From Candidatus Cloacimonadales bacterium (GTDB lineage Bacteria; Cloacimonadota; Cloacimonadia; Cloacimonadales; JAFGVF01), in assembly GCA_963667035.1 (NCBI GenBank), contig OY762964.1, positions 2,112,001-2,176,000 on the forward strand: DNA of 64,000 bases, in the 5' to 3' direction. This document shows, one piece after another, positions 19,172 to 28,198 of this stretch; within the stretch, counting starts at the first letter, position 1, and every line of letters starts with the position of its first letter. The translations under genes and the position numbers were made by a program. Under the pieces are notes generated by a model. It saw only the letters and a list, made by a program, of their open reading frames with translations, ran no database searches and was not told the DNA's origin.

Positions 19172-21127
19172 CTATATCTCAACTTGCATAGGATGGTAAT
19201 ATCTGTATCCATCATCCCAATATTCTTGTTTCATCTGCTCAAGTAAATAGGAATCGAATAAAGTAAAATCAGATAGCATGTCCCCTTTCTTGAGAAAATC
19301 AAAGATATAGGACTGAAGTTCACCTTTGAAGAATAAGCCAAATCCAGCTGACAAAAGCTGCTCTATATGTAGAGGTTCAAACTCTGTCACTATCAAGTAT
19401 ACTTCAGCATACTCACTTAATAGTACGAAGTTTCTATCAGTCATATATTTTTCAGGAAGAACAAGGGTAAGAATAGTTGATATTTGCCTGTCCTGTTCAG
19501 AGAAAGGTGAAGCATCAAGGTTAACATAGTGATTTAAGTTTATTTCAAGGGCTGAAGTTAGTTTTATTAGAAAGTCAGGATCAAAGAGCTCTTCTGCTTC
19601 CAAAATTATTTCAAAGCAATTGTTGGGTAAATTCGCAGTAAGCTTCTGCATTGATTTGATTATCTCTTCCATGTAATCATATACCGATTTGACTCGAAAA
19701 TGAATTGCACCACTTTCCGCAAGTTCAAAAATATGTTGCTCCAAAGGATGAGAAAAATTCTCAACAAGAAGTTTATGAACAGGATATACTTCACCATCAA
19801 AGAAGACATTATCCTCTTTTATTCCAATAAAATCGGTAGATAAAAAAGCCGGTGGAAGCGGATCAAAATTAATATCAAATCTATCTTCTGCATATTGAAA
19901 TGCCATTCTCATCTCTTTCTTAGAGAAATCCGGAGTTTTTTGAATATAATAGGGAGCTTTAGCCATATACTCAAGTCCTAATTCTCCGGCTCTGAAAGAA
20001 AAGTCTGTTCCTGATAGTACTGACATTTGAAACACCTGGATATTGGAATCTAATTCTGATTCGGTCACATAATCACATGATTTCATAAAATCATCCAAAG
20101 TATCCCCGGGTAAACCAACTATCAAATCGATCTTACAATCAATACCACCTTTTAGCATCTTACGTGTGTTCTCGGTTAGCATTTTAAGATTCTGGGTTCT
20201 ATTCATCAATTTTAAAGCCTTAGGATTAGTACTTTGAAGTCCTATTTCTATACCTCTGAAATTAAGCTCAATTAATCGTTCAATCTGATTATCAGTTAAT
20301 AAGTCGGCTCTAATCTCTGTATGTATTTCAAGTTTGTTATCCGGGTTTTCCTCTTGAATAATGTCCAAGATTCTATCAAAATCAGGTTGAACATTGAATG
20401 AAGGGTCAAGTAAAAAGACTTCTTGTAAATCAAGCTCTCTAGCCTTACGAATTAAAGCTCGGATGTAATTCTCGGGCATCTGGACTACATTATTATATAA
20501 CTTATTGTAATAGCAGAAACTACATCTGAAAGGACAACCTCGAACTGTTTCAAAGAAAAGAGTTATATCGGGCTTCGTTTCAATCAAATTCAGAATATAA
20601 GGATTCTCCTCAATAGTTAAAGGAGGTCGACAAGCAGTAATCTTGTTGATTATTGTCTTTCCTTCTCTCTTATAAATCAAACCTGAAATCTCTTTATAAT
20701 CCTTACCATTTAAGAAATCGACAAAGGGTATCTCCCCTTCTCCGCTAATTCCGACTTCAAATGATTCATGGTTGAGTAGATTAGTATTATCCGAGTTAAC
20801 TTCGGGACCACCAAACAAGAACTTCATTGATGGGAAAATCTTATGAATTTCTGATACAATATAGAGGGTTTTATCCACATTCCATAGATATGTAGAAAAG
20901 CATACCAAGTCAACATTAGATGAGCATATATAGCTAATAACTGCTCTATTGTTAAGACTATCCGTATACACTCTAGGCATAATTTCAAACTCCCAATCCA
21001 AGCAGCGCTTCTTTGCGTATGCAACAAGATAACCGGGAGCCAAGTGTATGTTTGCCTTAAACTCTAACGGATTAAGACGAGGTATTGCCAATTGTACCAT
21101 TAATGCTTTCTTCATAATCTTCTCCAT
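19172..21127 (-). CDS. B12-binding-domain radical SAM protein
   Basis: STYLWN and GGPEV B12-binding region, RGCPFRCSFC, GLQS and GLPGDT. Confidence 0.87.
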   Translation of the reverse strand: MEKIMKKALMVQLAIPRLNPLEFKANIHLAPGYLVAYAKKRCLDWEFEIMPRVYTDSLNNRAVISYICSSNVDLVCFSTYLWNVDKTLYIVSEIHKIFPSMKFLFGGPEVNSDNTNLLNHESFEVGISGEGEIPFVDFLNGKDYKEISGLIYKREGKTIINKITACRPPLTIEENPYILNLIETKPDITLFFETVRGCPFRCSFCYYNKLYNNVVQMPENYIRALIRKARELDLQEVFLLDPSFNVQPDFDRILDIIQEENPDNKLEIHTEIRADLLTDNQIERLIELNFRGIEIGLQSTNPKALKLMNRTQNLKMLTENTRKMLKGGIDCKIDLIVGLPGDTLDDFMKSCDYVTESELDSNIQVFQMSVLSGTDFSFRAGELGLEYMAKAPYYIQKTPDFSKKEMRMAFQYAEDRFDINFDPLPPAFLSTDFIGIKEDNVFFDGEVYPVHKLLVENFSHPLEQHIFELAESGAIHFRVKSVYDYMEEIIKSMQKLTANLPNNCFEIILEAEELFDPDFLIKLTSALEINLNHYVNLDASPFSEQDRQISTILTLVLPEKYMTDRNFVLLSEYAEVYLIVTEFEPLHIEQLLSAGFGLFFKGELQSYIFDFLKKGDMLSDFTLFDSYLLEQMKQEYWDDGYRYYHPMQVEI

Positions 21128-21268
21128 TCCATGATGACTCAGTTTCTCGTGATAAACCGATGGGTCAAGTATATTGTTAGCTTATATATTTAGTCTTAGT
21201 GGATTCTCCATATCCAATAGATAGTTATACTCTATATTGAGGTAGGTAAAGAAAAGCTAGTCGCTTTA

Positions 21269-21295
21269 TTAGCAGACTTTATTCATAACTGCTAA
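21269..21295 (+). promoter_or_regulatory. CIRCE-like (HrcA) operator upstream of htpG
   Basis: TTAGCAGAC-N9-AACTGCTAA compared with consensus TTAGCACTC-N9-GAGTGCTAA. Lies just upstream of sigma70-like elements at 21301-21329. Confidence 0.7.
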
Positions 21296-21364
21296 TTTTT
21301 TTGTTGACAAGATTTCCAGGTGCTATCATATAGGTACAGAATTCATTAAATAAGGAGTTTGAAG

Positions 21365-23368
21365 ATGGCTGAAAAGTTAGAAAAGGGTCAACTTTCGATC
21401 CATACTGAGAATATCTTTCCTATAATAAAGAAATGGCTCTATTCCGAGCATGATATTTTCCTTAGGGAACTTGTATCTAATGCAGTAGATGCAATGAACA
21501 AACGCAAATTAGAAGATGAATCTCTTGAAATTAATGATGATTACAAACTCGAAGTAGTACTTGATAAAAAGAAAAAGACTATTCAGGTCATTGATAAAGG
21601 TATTGGAATGACAGAGGAAGAGATTGAAAAATACATCAATCAAATTGCATTTTCCGGTGCTGAAGATTTCATTGAAAAGTATAAAGACAAGCAAAGCAAT
21701 ATAATTGGTCATTTCGGTCTAGGATTCTATTCTTCCTTTATGGTTGCCGAGAAAGTCACTATTGATTCACTTTCTTGGCAAAAAGATGCAAAACCTGCTT
21801 ATTGGGAATGTGATGGTTCGACCAACTATTCTGTTGGTGAAGGTAGTCGAACAAAAGTCGGTACGACTATAACAATCTATGTGAATAAAGATAATAAGCA
21901 CTATCTAGAAGAAGATAAGATAAAAGAAATCCTTAAAAAGTATTGCAATTTCATGCCATTTCCAATTCAGTTCGGGGAAGAAATTGTTAATCAAATGGAA
22001 GCAATTTGGAATCGTAAACCCAAAGACGTTACGGAAGAAGAATATAAGGAATTCTACAAACAATTCTTTGGAGAATGGACAGATCCTCTTTTCTGGATTC
22101 ATCTAAATGTAGACTACCCACATAGAGTAAAAGGTATACTTTACTTTCCACAAGTTAAGAATGAGTTTGATGTAAATAAGGGGCAGGTTAAACTATTCTG
22201 TAACAATGTCTTTGTTGCAGACAACCTAAAAGACCTCTTACCTGAGTTCTTGCTATTACTTAAAGGAGGTATTGATATACCGGATATACCTCTTAATGTC
22301 TCAAGAAGTTTCTTACAGAACGACCAGATGGTCCAAAAGATCTCTCAGTATATAGTCAAGAAAGTAGGAGATCATTTCAAGAAAACTTTCACAAAGGAAC
22401 GAGACAAGTATGAAGGCTATTGGGATGATATCAGTAACTTTATTAAATATGGCTTACTAACAAACGATAAATTTTATGATGCACTTAAAGACCAGATTAT
22501 CTACAAAACTATGAATGATGATCATGTTACAATTGAAGAGTATTTAAATCGATATCGTTCAGAAGAAAAGCCACACAAGATATACTACACTAATAGTAAG
22601 GACACTCAAGTAACATATCAAAAACTGTTAAAAGACCAAGGTATTGAAGTTATCATTGCTGACTCAGTAATTGATAGTCATCTATTCCAACAGATTGAAA
22701 TGAAGAATACTGAGGTCAGATTTGTTAGAGTAGACTCGGAGCTGAATGATACGCTTGTCGATGATGCCCAAGACGATGAAGTCGATGAGAATGGAATTGC
22801 TTTCTCTGATAAGATAAAAGAGATATTCAACAAAGCATTAAATTCTAACATTGAAGCAAGCTTTGGGAAAGAGCCATTTGAAGAACTTATCAAAAAATAC
22901 CCTCAAGCAACAGAAATCCTTTCAAAATACTCCAGAACAGAAGGAGATCAGACGTTGATTCGTCCTTATAACATCCCGGTAAAGGCAAGAAAGGAAATGG
23001 GTAATGATGCTTTTAATGAGATTTTTAGCCATATTTACACCGATACTAAAGTTGAAGTAAAGAATTTGAAATCTGAAGATATCCCGGCTATGGTAATGTT
23101 TGAAGAATTCATGCGTAGATTCCAAGAAATGAATGCTATGATGAGTCATGGTGATGCAGATATGTTGAAAATGCATACAATAGCTGTTAACAAGAATAAT
23201 TCGACTGTTAAGAAAGTCGTTAAATTCTATGATGAAGGCAAATATGATGAAGCTAAGTTGTTAGTTAATTTTGTGCATGAACTTGCCTTGTTAGAACAGA
23301 AGCGTTTCTCCGGTGCTGAATTGCAAAGCTTCGTTACTAAAGCTAACGACATACTCAAGCTGCTCTAA
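21365..23368 (+). CDS. htpG: Chaperone HtpG (Hsp90)
   Basis: IFLRELVSNAVDA, DKGIGM, IGHFGLGFYS and PLNVSRSFLQ motifs. AAGGAG RBS favours ATG 21365. Confidence 0.96.
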   Translation: MAEKLEKGQLSIHTENIFPIIKKWLYSEHDIFLRELVSNAVDAMNKRKLEDESLEINDDYKLEVVLDKKKKTIQVIDKGIGMTEEEIEKYINQIAFSGAEDFIEKYKDKQSNIIGHFGLGFYSSFMVAEKVTIDSLSWQKDAKPAYWECDGSTNYSVGEGSRTKVGTTITIYVNKDNKHYLEEDKIKEILKKYCNFMPFPIQFGEEIVNQMEAIWNRKPKDVTEEEYKEFYKQFFGEWTDPLFWIHLNVDYPHRVKGILYFPQVKNEFDVNKGQVKLFCNNVFVADNLKDLLPEFLLLLKGGIDIPDIPLNVSRSFLQNDQMVQKISQYIVKKVGDHFKKTFTKERDKYEGYWDDISNFIKYGLLTNDKFYDALKDQIIYKTMNDDHVTIEEYLNRYRSEEKPHKIYYTNSKDTQVTYQKLLKDQGIEVIIADSVIDSHLFQQIEMKNTEVRFVRVDSELNDTLVDDAQDDEVDENGIAFSDKIKEIFNKALNSNIEASFGKEPFEELIKKYPQATEILSKYSRTEGDQTLIRPYNIPVKARKEMGNDAFNEIFSHIYTDTKVEVKNLKSEDIPAMVMFEEFMRRFQEMNAMMSHGDADMLKMHTIAVNKNNSTVKKVVKFYDEGKYDEAKLLVNFVHELALLEQKRFSGAELQSFVTKANDILKLL

Positions 23369-23390
23369 GAAGCAGAGAATATAGATACTT

Positions 23391-23417
23391 GAGCCACAGG
23401 TGCACCTGTGGCTTTTT
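23391..23417 (+). terminator. Intrinsic terminator after htpG
   Basis: AGCCACAGG-TGCA-CCTGTGGCT followed by a T-run. Confidence 0.85.
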
Positions 23418-23427
23418 GCTTATGAAG

Positions 23428-23859
23428 TTATTTATCTTGAGTTTGAATCAATTGGTCATTTAAAGTAATAATGCCATTAGCTGCAATTGCAACAACCGGT
23501 AGAAATGTACATTCCTGATCAGAAACAGCATTCAGTGAGTCAGGCATGCATTGAAGATTCTTCTTTTCACTCATAACCCATTCATACATATCAAGAACAC
23601 TACTTATTCCAAAACTTCTACACCTTGATACAATTGGATGCTCATTGTGAAGGACCTTGTAACCCTTAGTTCGTAAGTATTCAATAAACTGTTTTCTTAA
23701 CTCCATTGGTTCATTCGAACTCTTGTAAAGCTGCTTATGAATCAATTCACTCTTATCAATGAAATAATCGCAAAACAAACGAGTTAGTCGTGGAACCAGT
23801 TCAGCCAAACCGCATTCTTTATCTACATCAACTATTGAATCAAGTCTATTGACTTTCAT
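23428..23859 (-). CDS. Hypothetical protein
   Basis: 143-aa ORF with a GAGG RBS, filling the gap; no recognised motif. Confidence 0.6.
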   Translation of the reverse strand: MKVNRLDSIVDVDKECGLAELVPRLTRLFCDYFIDKSELIHKQLYKSSNEPMELRKQFIEYLRTKGYKVLHNEHPIVSRCRSFGISSVLDMYEWVMSEKKNLQCMPDSLNAVSDQECTFLPVVAIAANGIITLNDQLIQTQDK

Positions 23860-24109
23860 AGAAAACCTCTCTTCTAATATTTCATATGCAAAAGTATAGG
23901 ATAATGTACAAATATATTAAAATAAAGGTTGACTAGCAAGAATATTTTATTTGACTCAATAATATCTACCCTTGATATTTATGTGGAGGTAATATTTATT
24001 CTGAAACTTAATTAGAGTTATGTCTGTGGATTTTTAAAGAATGCTAAGTCGATATTAACATATTGACAAATAAGTTATTATAAAATTTAGTTTTTATAAA
24101 GGAGAGGTT

Positions 24110-24712
24110 ATGAAGAGATTTTTTTTAATAATGCTAACAATACTTACAATGTTCCCACTTTTTTCTAAATCTATTTTAAATAGAGATGCAGTATTTGCTG
24201 ATGTAAGTGTAGGTTTCAGTAGATTAATTTATGGAGTAAATTATTTTGATAGTCATTACAGTGCTGTTGTACGAAGTACTGTTGCACAAAGTGCTTGGAC
24301 CGGTAGTATTAAAGTCGGGGAAAAAATTAGTGACGAGCTTGATGTATATTTATTCTATACTACAAATACATTCAGTGTTAAGAGAGCAAATAACAAAGAC
24401 AAGCGATTGAATAGCGATTTAACAGGGCTAGGAGCCAAATATTACATCACAACAAACAAGAATGATACATTCTTTATTAATCTTGGGATGGGATACTCTA
24501 CTTTCGATTCTTTATTTGATTCCAATACTGATAATTCCACAGGAGTTGGATATGAAATAGGTATTGGACATATTCTTAATGATAAGTTTAGTGTTTCACT
24601 TAACCACTTCTCTACTTCAAACAGTTTATACAATATTGAATATACAATAAACACCGTTACCTTTGTTGCATCATATCGTATATGTAAACAAAAAGCTACC
24701 TCACAGAGATAA
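24110..24712 (+). CDS. Outer-membrane beta-barrel protein (OmpA/OmpW-like, about 8 strands)
   Basis: Signal peptide, alternating aromatic/Gly strands (GLGAKYY, NLGMGYS, GYEIGIG) and strong RBS. Confidence 0.7.
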   Translation: MKRFFLIMLTILTMFPLFSKSILNRDAVFADVSVGFSRLIYGVNYFDSHYSAVVRSTVAQSAWTGSIKVGEKISDELDVYLFYTTNTFSVKRANNKDKRLNSDLTGLGAKYYITTNKNDTFFINLGMGYSTFDSLFDSNTDNSTGVGYEIGIGHILNDKFSVSLNHFSTSNSLYNIEYTINTVTFVASYRICKQKATSQR

Positions 24713-24730
24713 ATACTTAGTAAGGTAGCT
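24690..24730 (-). terminator. Terminator-like hairpin between convergent omp and gatD
   Basis: AGCTACCT / AGGTAGCT stem with an A-run on the left, which reads as a U-run on the minus strand. Confidence 0.55.
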
Positions 24731-24747
24731 AAAAAGGAGGCTATATA

Positions 24748-26130
24748 TTATAAGTGAATATTCTTGATGAACTGTTCAACTTCAGGAGTACCTCCTTGGA
24801 AAACTAAATATCCATTATAAGGTTCTCCCTCAGTAATTTCACCATTTACAGGTGTTAACATCAGTCTGCGAACTTCTTCCGGATCATCAGTTTGACCAAG
24901 TACCCAGCCAAGTTTAATATATGCAACTTCAGGAAGCATGTTCTCAGCAGGAATAATACCCTTTGCCATAAGATCGCGTCCGGTATCATAAACAAACATG
25001 TGCACATAACCCCATAGAGTTTGTACTGTCATAAAGATATGTACACCTTTCTTTACAGCTCTCTCAATTGCAGGATATAGAGGTTTATTAACATGACCTA
25101 GTCCTGTTCCTGCAATGATGATACCTTTATAGCCATTATCAACCATTGAGTCTATCATATCAGGTTGCATATTGGGATAGTAATAAATCATTCCGACTTT
25201 TTCTTCAAAGAATGGTTTAATAGTTACATTTCTATCACTTCTACGTTTATTGTACTTCTGTTTAATTGGTTTTATCTCTCTTCTATTTATTGTTGCAAGA
25301 GGGACATCTCCAATTGTACGAAAAGTAGATCTGAAAGATGAATGCATTTTGCGGACCCTTGTTCCTCTATGTAGAAGCCCATATTCATCAGAAGTCGGCC
25401 CGAACATACATATCATTACTTCCGCGATATCTGATTCTCCAGCGGCTTTTGCTGCATGAATAAGATTTAACGCGGCATCTGATGAAGGTCTATCAGAAGA
25501 ACGCTGAGAACCAACCAATACTATTGGTATCGGTGAATTCTGTACCATAAAAGTTATTGCAGCAGCTGTATGATGAAGAGTATCTGTTCCATGTCCAATC
25601 ATAATGCCGTCTACACCATTCTCAATCTCTTTACCAATTGCTATCGCCAATTCTTTGTATTGTTCAGGTCCCATATTCTCACTGAAAACAGCAAACAGTT
25701 TTTCAGTTTTTAAATTACAAACATCTGCTAACTCAGGAACGGCACCATACAATTCTCCCGGAGAAAAGGCAGGGATAACTGCTCCGGTTCTATAGTCCAA
25801 TCTGGAAGCAATTGTACCACCCGTTCCAAATAATTTTAGATTTGGCTTACCCTCAGTATATGGAAATTCCTTTTCCGGAATTTTGTAATTAGCTTTTTTA
25901 TAACCAATCTCTTTCATTTCAGTAATTGTGGATATATCAATACCTACATTGTAACCTGTAATAAGCTTTAAGACTATGTGTCTATCATCATCATTCTCTG
26001 CTCTTGGAAGTATGATACCTTTAAATGTACCGCGAGTAGTTAGAACTTCAGTATCACCCCAGACACGGACCTTAAACTTCTCAAGAAGCTCACGACTCTG
26101 GCCTTTATATCCTTGTGTATTTTCGTTCAT
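24748..26130 (-). CDS. gatD: Glu-tRNA(Gln) amidotransferase subunit D (asparaginase fold with GatD N-terminal domain)
   Basis: N-terminal GIILPR...VLKLITGYNVGI domain, then GTGGTIASRLDYRTG, HGTDT, VGSQRSSDRPSSD, HRGTRVRKMHS and MLPEVAYIKL. ATG 26130 overlaps the gatE stop (TAATG) and has an AGGAGG RBS. Confidence 0.93.
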   Translation of the reverse strand: MNENTQGYKGQSRELLEKFKVRVWGDTEVLTTRGTFKGIILPRAENDDDRHIVLKLITGYNVGIDISTITEMKEIGYKKANYKIPEKEFPYTEGKPNLKLFGTGGTIASRLDYRTGAVIPAFSPGELYGAVPELADVCNLKTEKLFAVFSENMGPEQYKELAIAIGKEIENGVDGIMIGHGTDTLHHTAAAITFMVQNSPIPIVLVGSQRSSDRPSSDAALNLIHAAKAAGESDIAEVMICMFGPTSDEYGLLHRGTRVRKMHSSFRSTFRTIGDVPLATINRREIKPIKQKYNKRRSDRNVTIKPFFEEKVGMIYYYPNMQPDMIDSMVDNGYKGIIIAGTGLGHVNKPLYPAIERAVKKGVHIFMTVQTLWGYVHMFVYDTGRDLMAKGIIPAENMLPEVAYIKLGWVLGQTDDPEEVRRLMLTPVNGEITEGEPYNGYLVFQGGTPEVEQFIKNIHL

Positions 26131-28109
26131 TATTCCTCCTCTCTTCCTGTGAGAATAGCTAGCACAGATTCTGAAACTGCTTCTAATGGTACACAACCTA
26201 TAACTTTTAGTCTAAGTTTCCCCATAATTACCTTAACTTTACTTTCCACATCATCATTTCTGATTGTATCTTTAAGCTTCTTAATCTCTTCTCTAATCAA
26301 CTCATCAACAGCATCAGGATGAACTATGTTTAAACCTGCACATACAGCACATGTCTCAATATCTGAATTGGGATTCAAATATACATGTTTCAATAACTCA
26401 TATGCATACTCAATATTAATACTATTTTTAGAGATAAACTCAAACATAGCTAAGATATTTTCGAGGTTGATTATACCATCATGCTTTCTTTCTAATTCCT
26501 TCAAACGATGTGAGAGGAGAACAATAATCTTAACCGGTTCAATATCATATCTTTCAGCAATAAGTTCTACCCAGCTAACAAGATTGTTTCTTAACAGATA
26601 ATCATAAGTATCTTCCGGTGCATTCCATTCTTGAAGAAGAGAGATTTGTTCTTGAAGGAATTTAGGCATCTTATCCTTAATACTATTAATAAGACTTTCT
26701 TCAATTGGAATTGGGGCAGAATCGGTATCAGGATACATTCTATCAGCACCAGGTAACACTCTTTCAAAGATTGTAGTTCCATCTTCGAATGACTTTCTGG
26801 TTTCTTTCGGTACACCTTCAAAAGCCATTAAGCATCTTTCTTTGATTGTTTCTAAGGCTGTCTGTACATCTTCTTCAGGAGCAAAGAATACTACTTGGGC
26901 ATCATTTTCTTTTGCTTTTAGTAGTTTTGCAATGTTAGCATAATCATTTACATTCATAATCTGATTTAAGTCCTCAGAATGAGTCATGTTGGGTTGATTC
27001 AAGCAAGCAACCACTCTAAGTCTTTGACTTATCTCATTTCCAAAACACTGTCCCGGTTGAGTAAACCAGCTAAGTAGTCCTTTGAAATTAGGAAGATTCA
27101 CGGCTACGATTTGCTTACCTTCTAAACAATAACAATCAGATAGCTTAGATTGAATAGTATCCGGAGATATAATCATTGATGATAAATCCCATTCATCGGC
27201 ATTCAATTCTCTTTTATGTAATTCTTCACTCAATAAAACTAGACTTCTTTGTCTAAAAGCTTCATTATGTGTAAGCTCCGGAATCCAACTGATATGTGCA
27301 ACACCTTTAATTTCTATTCTAGTACCACCGGTAGCACTTACATTAACATCTTCTCTACCGGCTCCTATACCTTTTCTTACTTTACCTGTACTTCTTGTAA
27401 GATAACGAATATACTCAGCAGTTTCCTTAACCTCATCAGGTTCTTTCATATCAGGATATGTTACTACTTCAATTAGTGGAACACCTAGCCTGTCAGTAGT
27501 ATAAATTCTTCTATGTCCAATATCTGAGACTTCTCTACAAGAATCTTCTTCTATACTTAACTGAATGATTCCAACTTTACGTCCTTTTGGGTAAATCTCA
27601 CCTTCAATACCGACAATTCCGGTTCTTTGAAAACCTGTAGGAATACTACCATCAAGATATTGCTTTCGGATTATATGGAACTCTCCCACGATGTTCTGTT
27701 TAAGTAGTAGAGATATCTCAAGGGCTATTGCCAGAGCTTCTCTATTAACAGGGAAAGGAGGAGTATCATCCAGCTCGTATGTACAAGTAGTAACATTTTT
27801 GATTCGATAAACTATTTCTTTTTTAGTTTTAAACTCCATTAACGCAGTTCCGTCGTATTCTCCCAATTCACTAAGGGTTGGGCGCATATGACGAACTATC
27901 TCTGTATCAAAATCTTCGAAATCCTGATATATACCAACAGGACAACGACAGAATAACTTCTTCTTTGAATCCAATTGTTGGTGTACTTCTAAACCACTCA
28001 TAAAACCAATATCTTCATATGTCTTACGAGTTGCTTGACTGCGTGGAACCCAACCACATAAGTCTCGGGTCCTCTGATAGTTTTCCTGAGGATTAAGGTT
28101 ATTTCTCAT
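26130..28109 (-). CDS. gatE: Glu-tRNA(Gln) amidotransferase subunit E
   Basis: GLEVHQQL, LFCRCP, RPTLSELGE, DGSIPTGFQRT, EEDSCR, DRLGVPLIE, RKGIGAGREDVNVS, RIEIKGV, an insertion domain, GVPKETR and LPGADRMYPDTD. These match GatE rather than GatB. Likely ATG at 28109. Confidence 0.93.
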   Translation of the reverse strand: MRNNLNPQENYQRTRDLCGWVPRSQATRKTYEDIGFMSGLEVHQQLDSKKKLFCRCPVGIYQDFEDFDTEIVRHMRPTLSELGEYDGTALMEFKTKKEIVYRIKNVTTCTYELDDTPPFPVNREALAIALEISLLLKQNIVGEFHIIRKQYLDGSIPTGFQRTGIVGIEGEIYPKGRKVGIIQLSIEEDSCREVSDIGHRRIYTTDRLGVPLIEVVTYPDMKEPDEVKETAEYIRYLTRSTGKVRKGIGAGREDVNVSATGGTRIEIKGVAHISWIPELTHNEAFRQRSLVLLSEELHKRELNADEWDLSSMIISPDTIQSKLSDCYCLEGKQIVAVNLPNFKGLLSWFTQPGQCFGNEISQRLRVVACLNQPNMTHSEDLNQIMNVNDYANIAKLLKAKENDAQVVFFAPEEDVQTALETIKERCLMAFEGVPKETRKSFEDGTTIFERVLPGADRMYPDTDSAPIPIEESLINSIKDKMPKFLQEQISLLQEWNAPEDTYDYLLRNNLVSWVELIAERYDIEPVKIIVLLSHRLKELERKHDGIINLENILAMFEFISKNSINIEYAYELLKHVYLNPNSDIETCAVCAGLNIVHPDAVDELIREEIKKLKDTIRNDDVESKVKVIMGKLRLKVIGCVPLEAVSESVLAILTGREEE

Positions 28110-28198
28110 TGCTTCCTCTATATATTTTTTATATTGTAATATCAAAAAGGAGAGATTCCCACTGAATCAATTTTACCTACCGAACAAAGCACTTTTAG

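Noticed and set aside
22844..23040. Mini-intein in HtpG
   Set aside because: No C-terminal HN followed by C/S/T, and too short.
26113..26322. Short antisense or alternative-frame ORFs here and throughout the ORF track
   Set aside because: They are shadows of long, motif-supported genes on the other strand or frame.
26130..28109. Calling the pair gatB plus ansA
   Set aside because: GatE-specific motifs and insertion and the GatD N-terminal domain are present; no gatA or gatC is adjacent.
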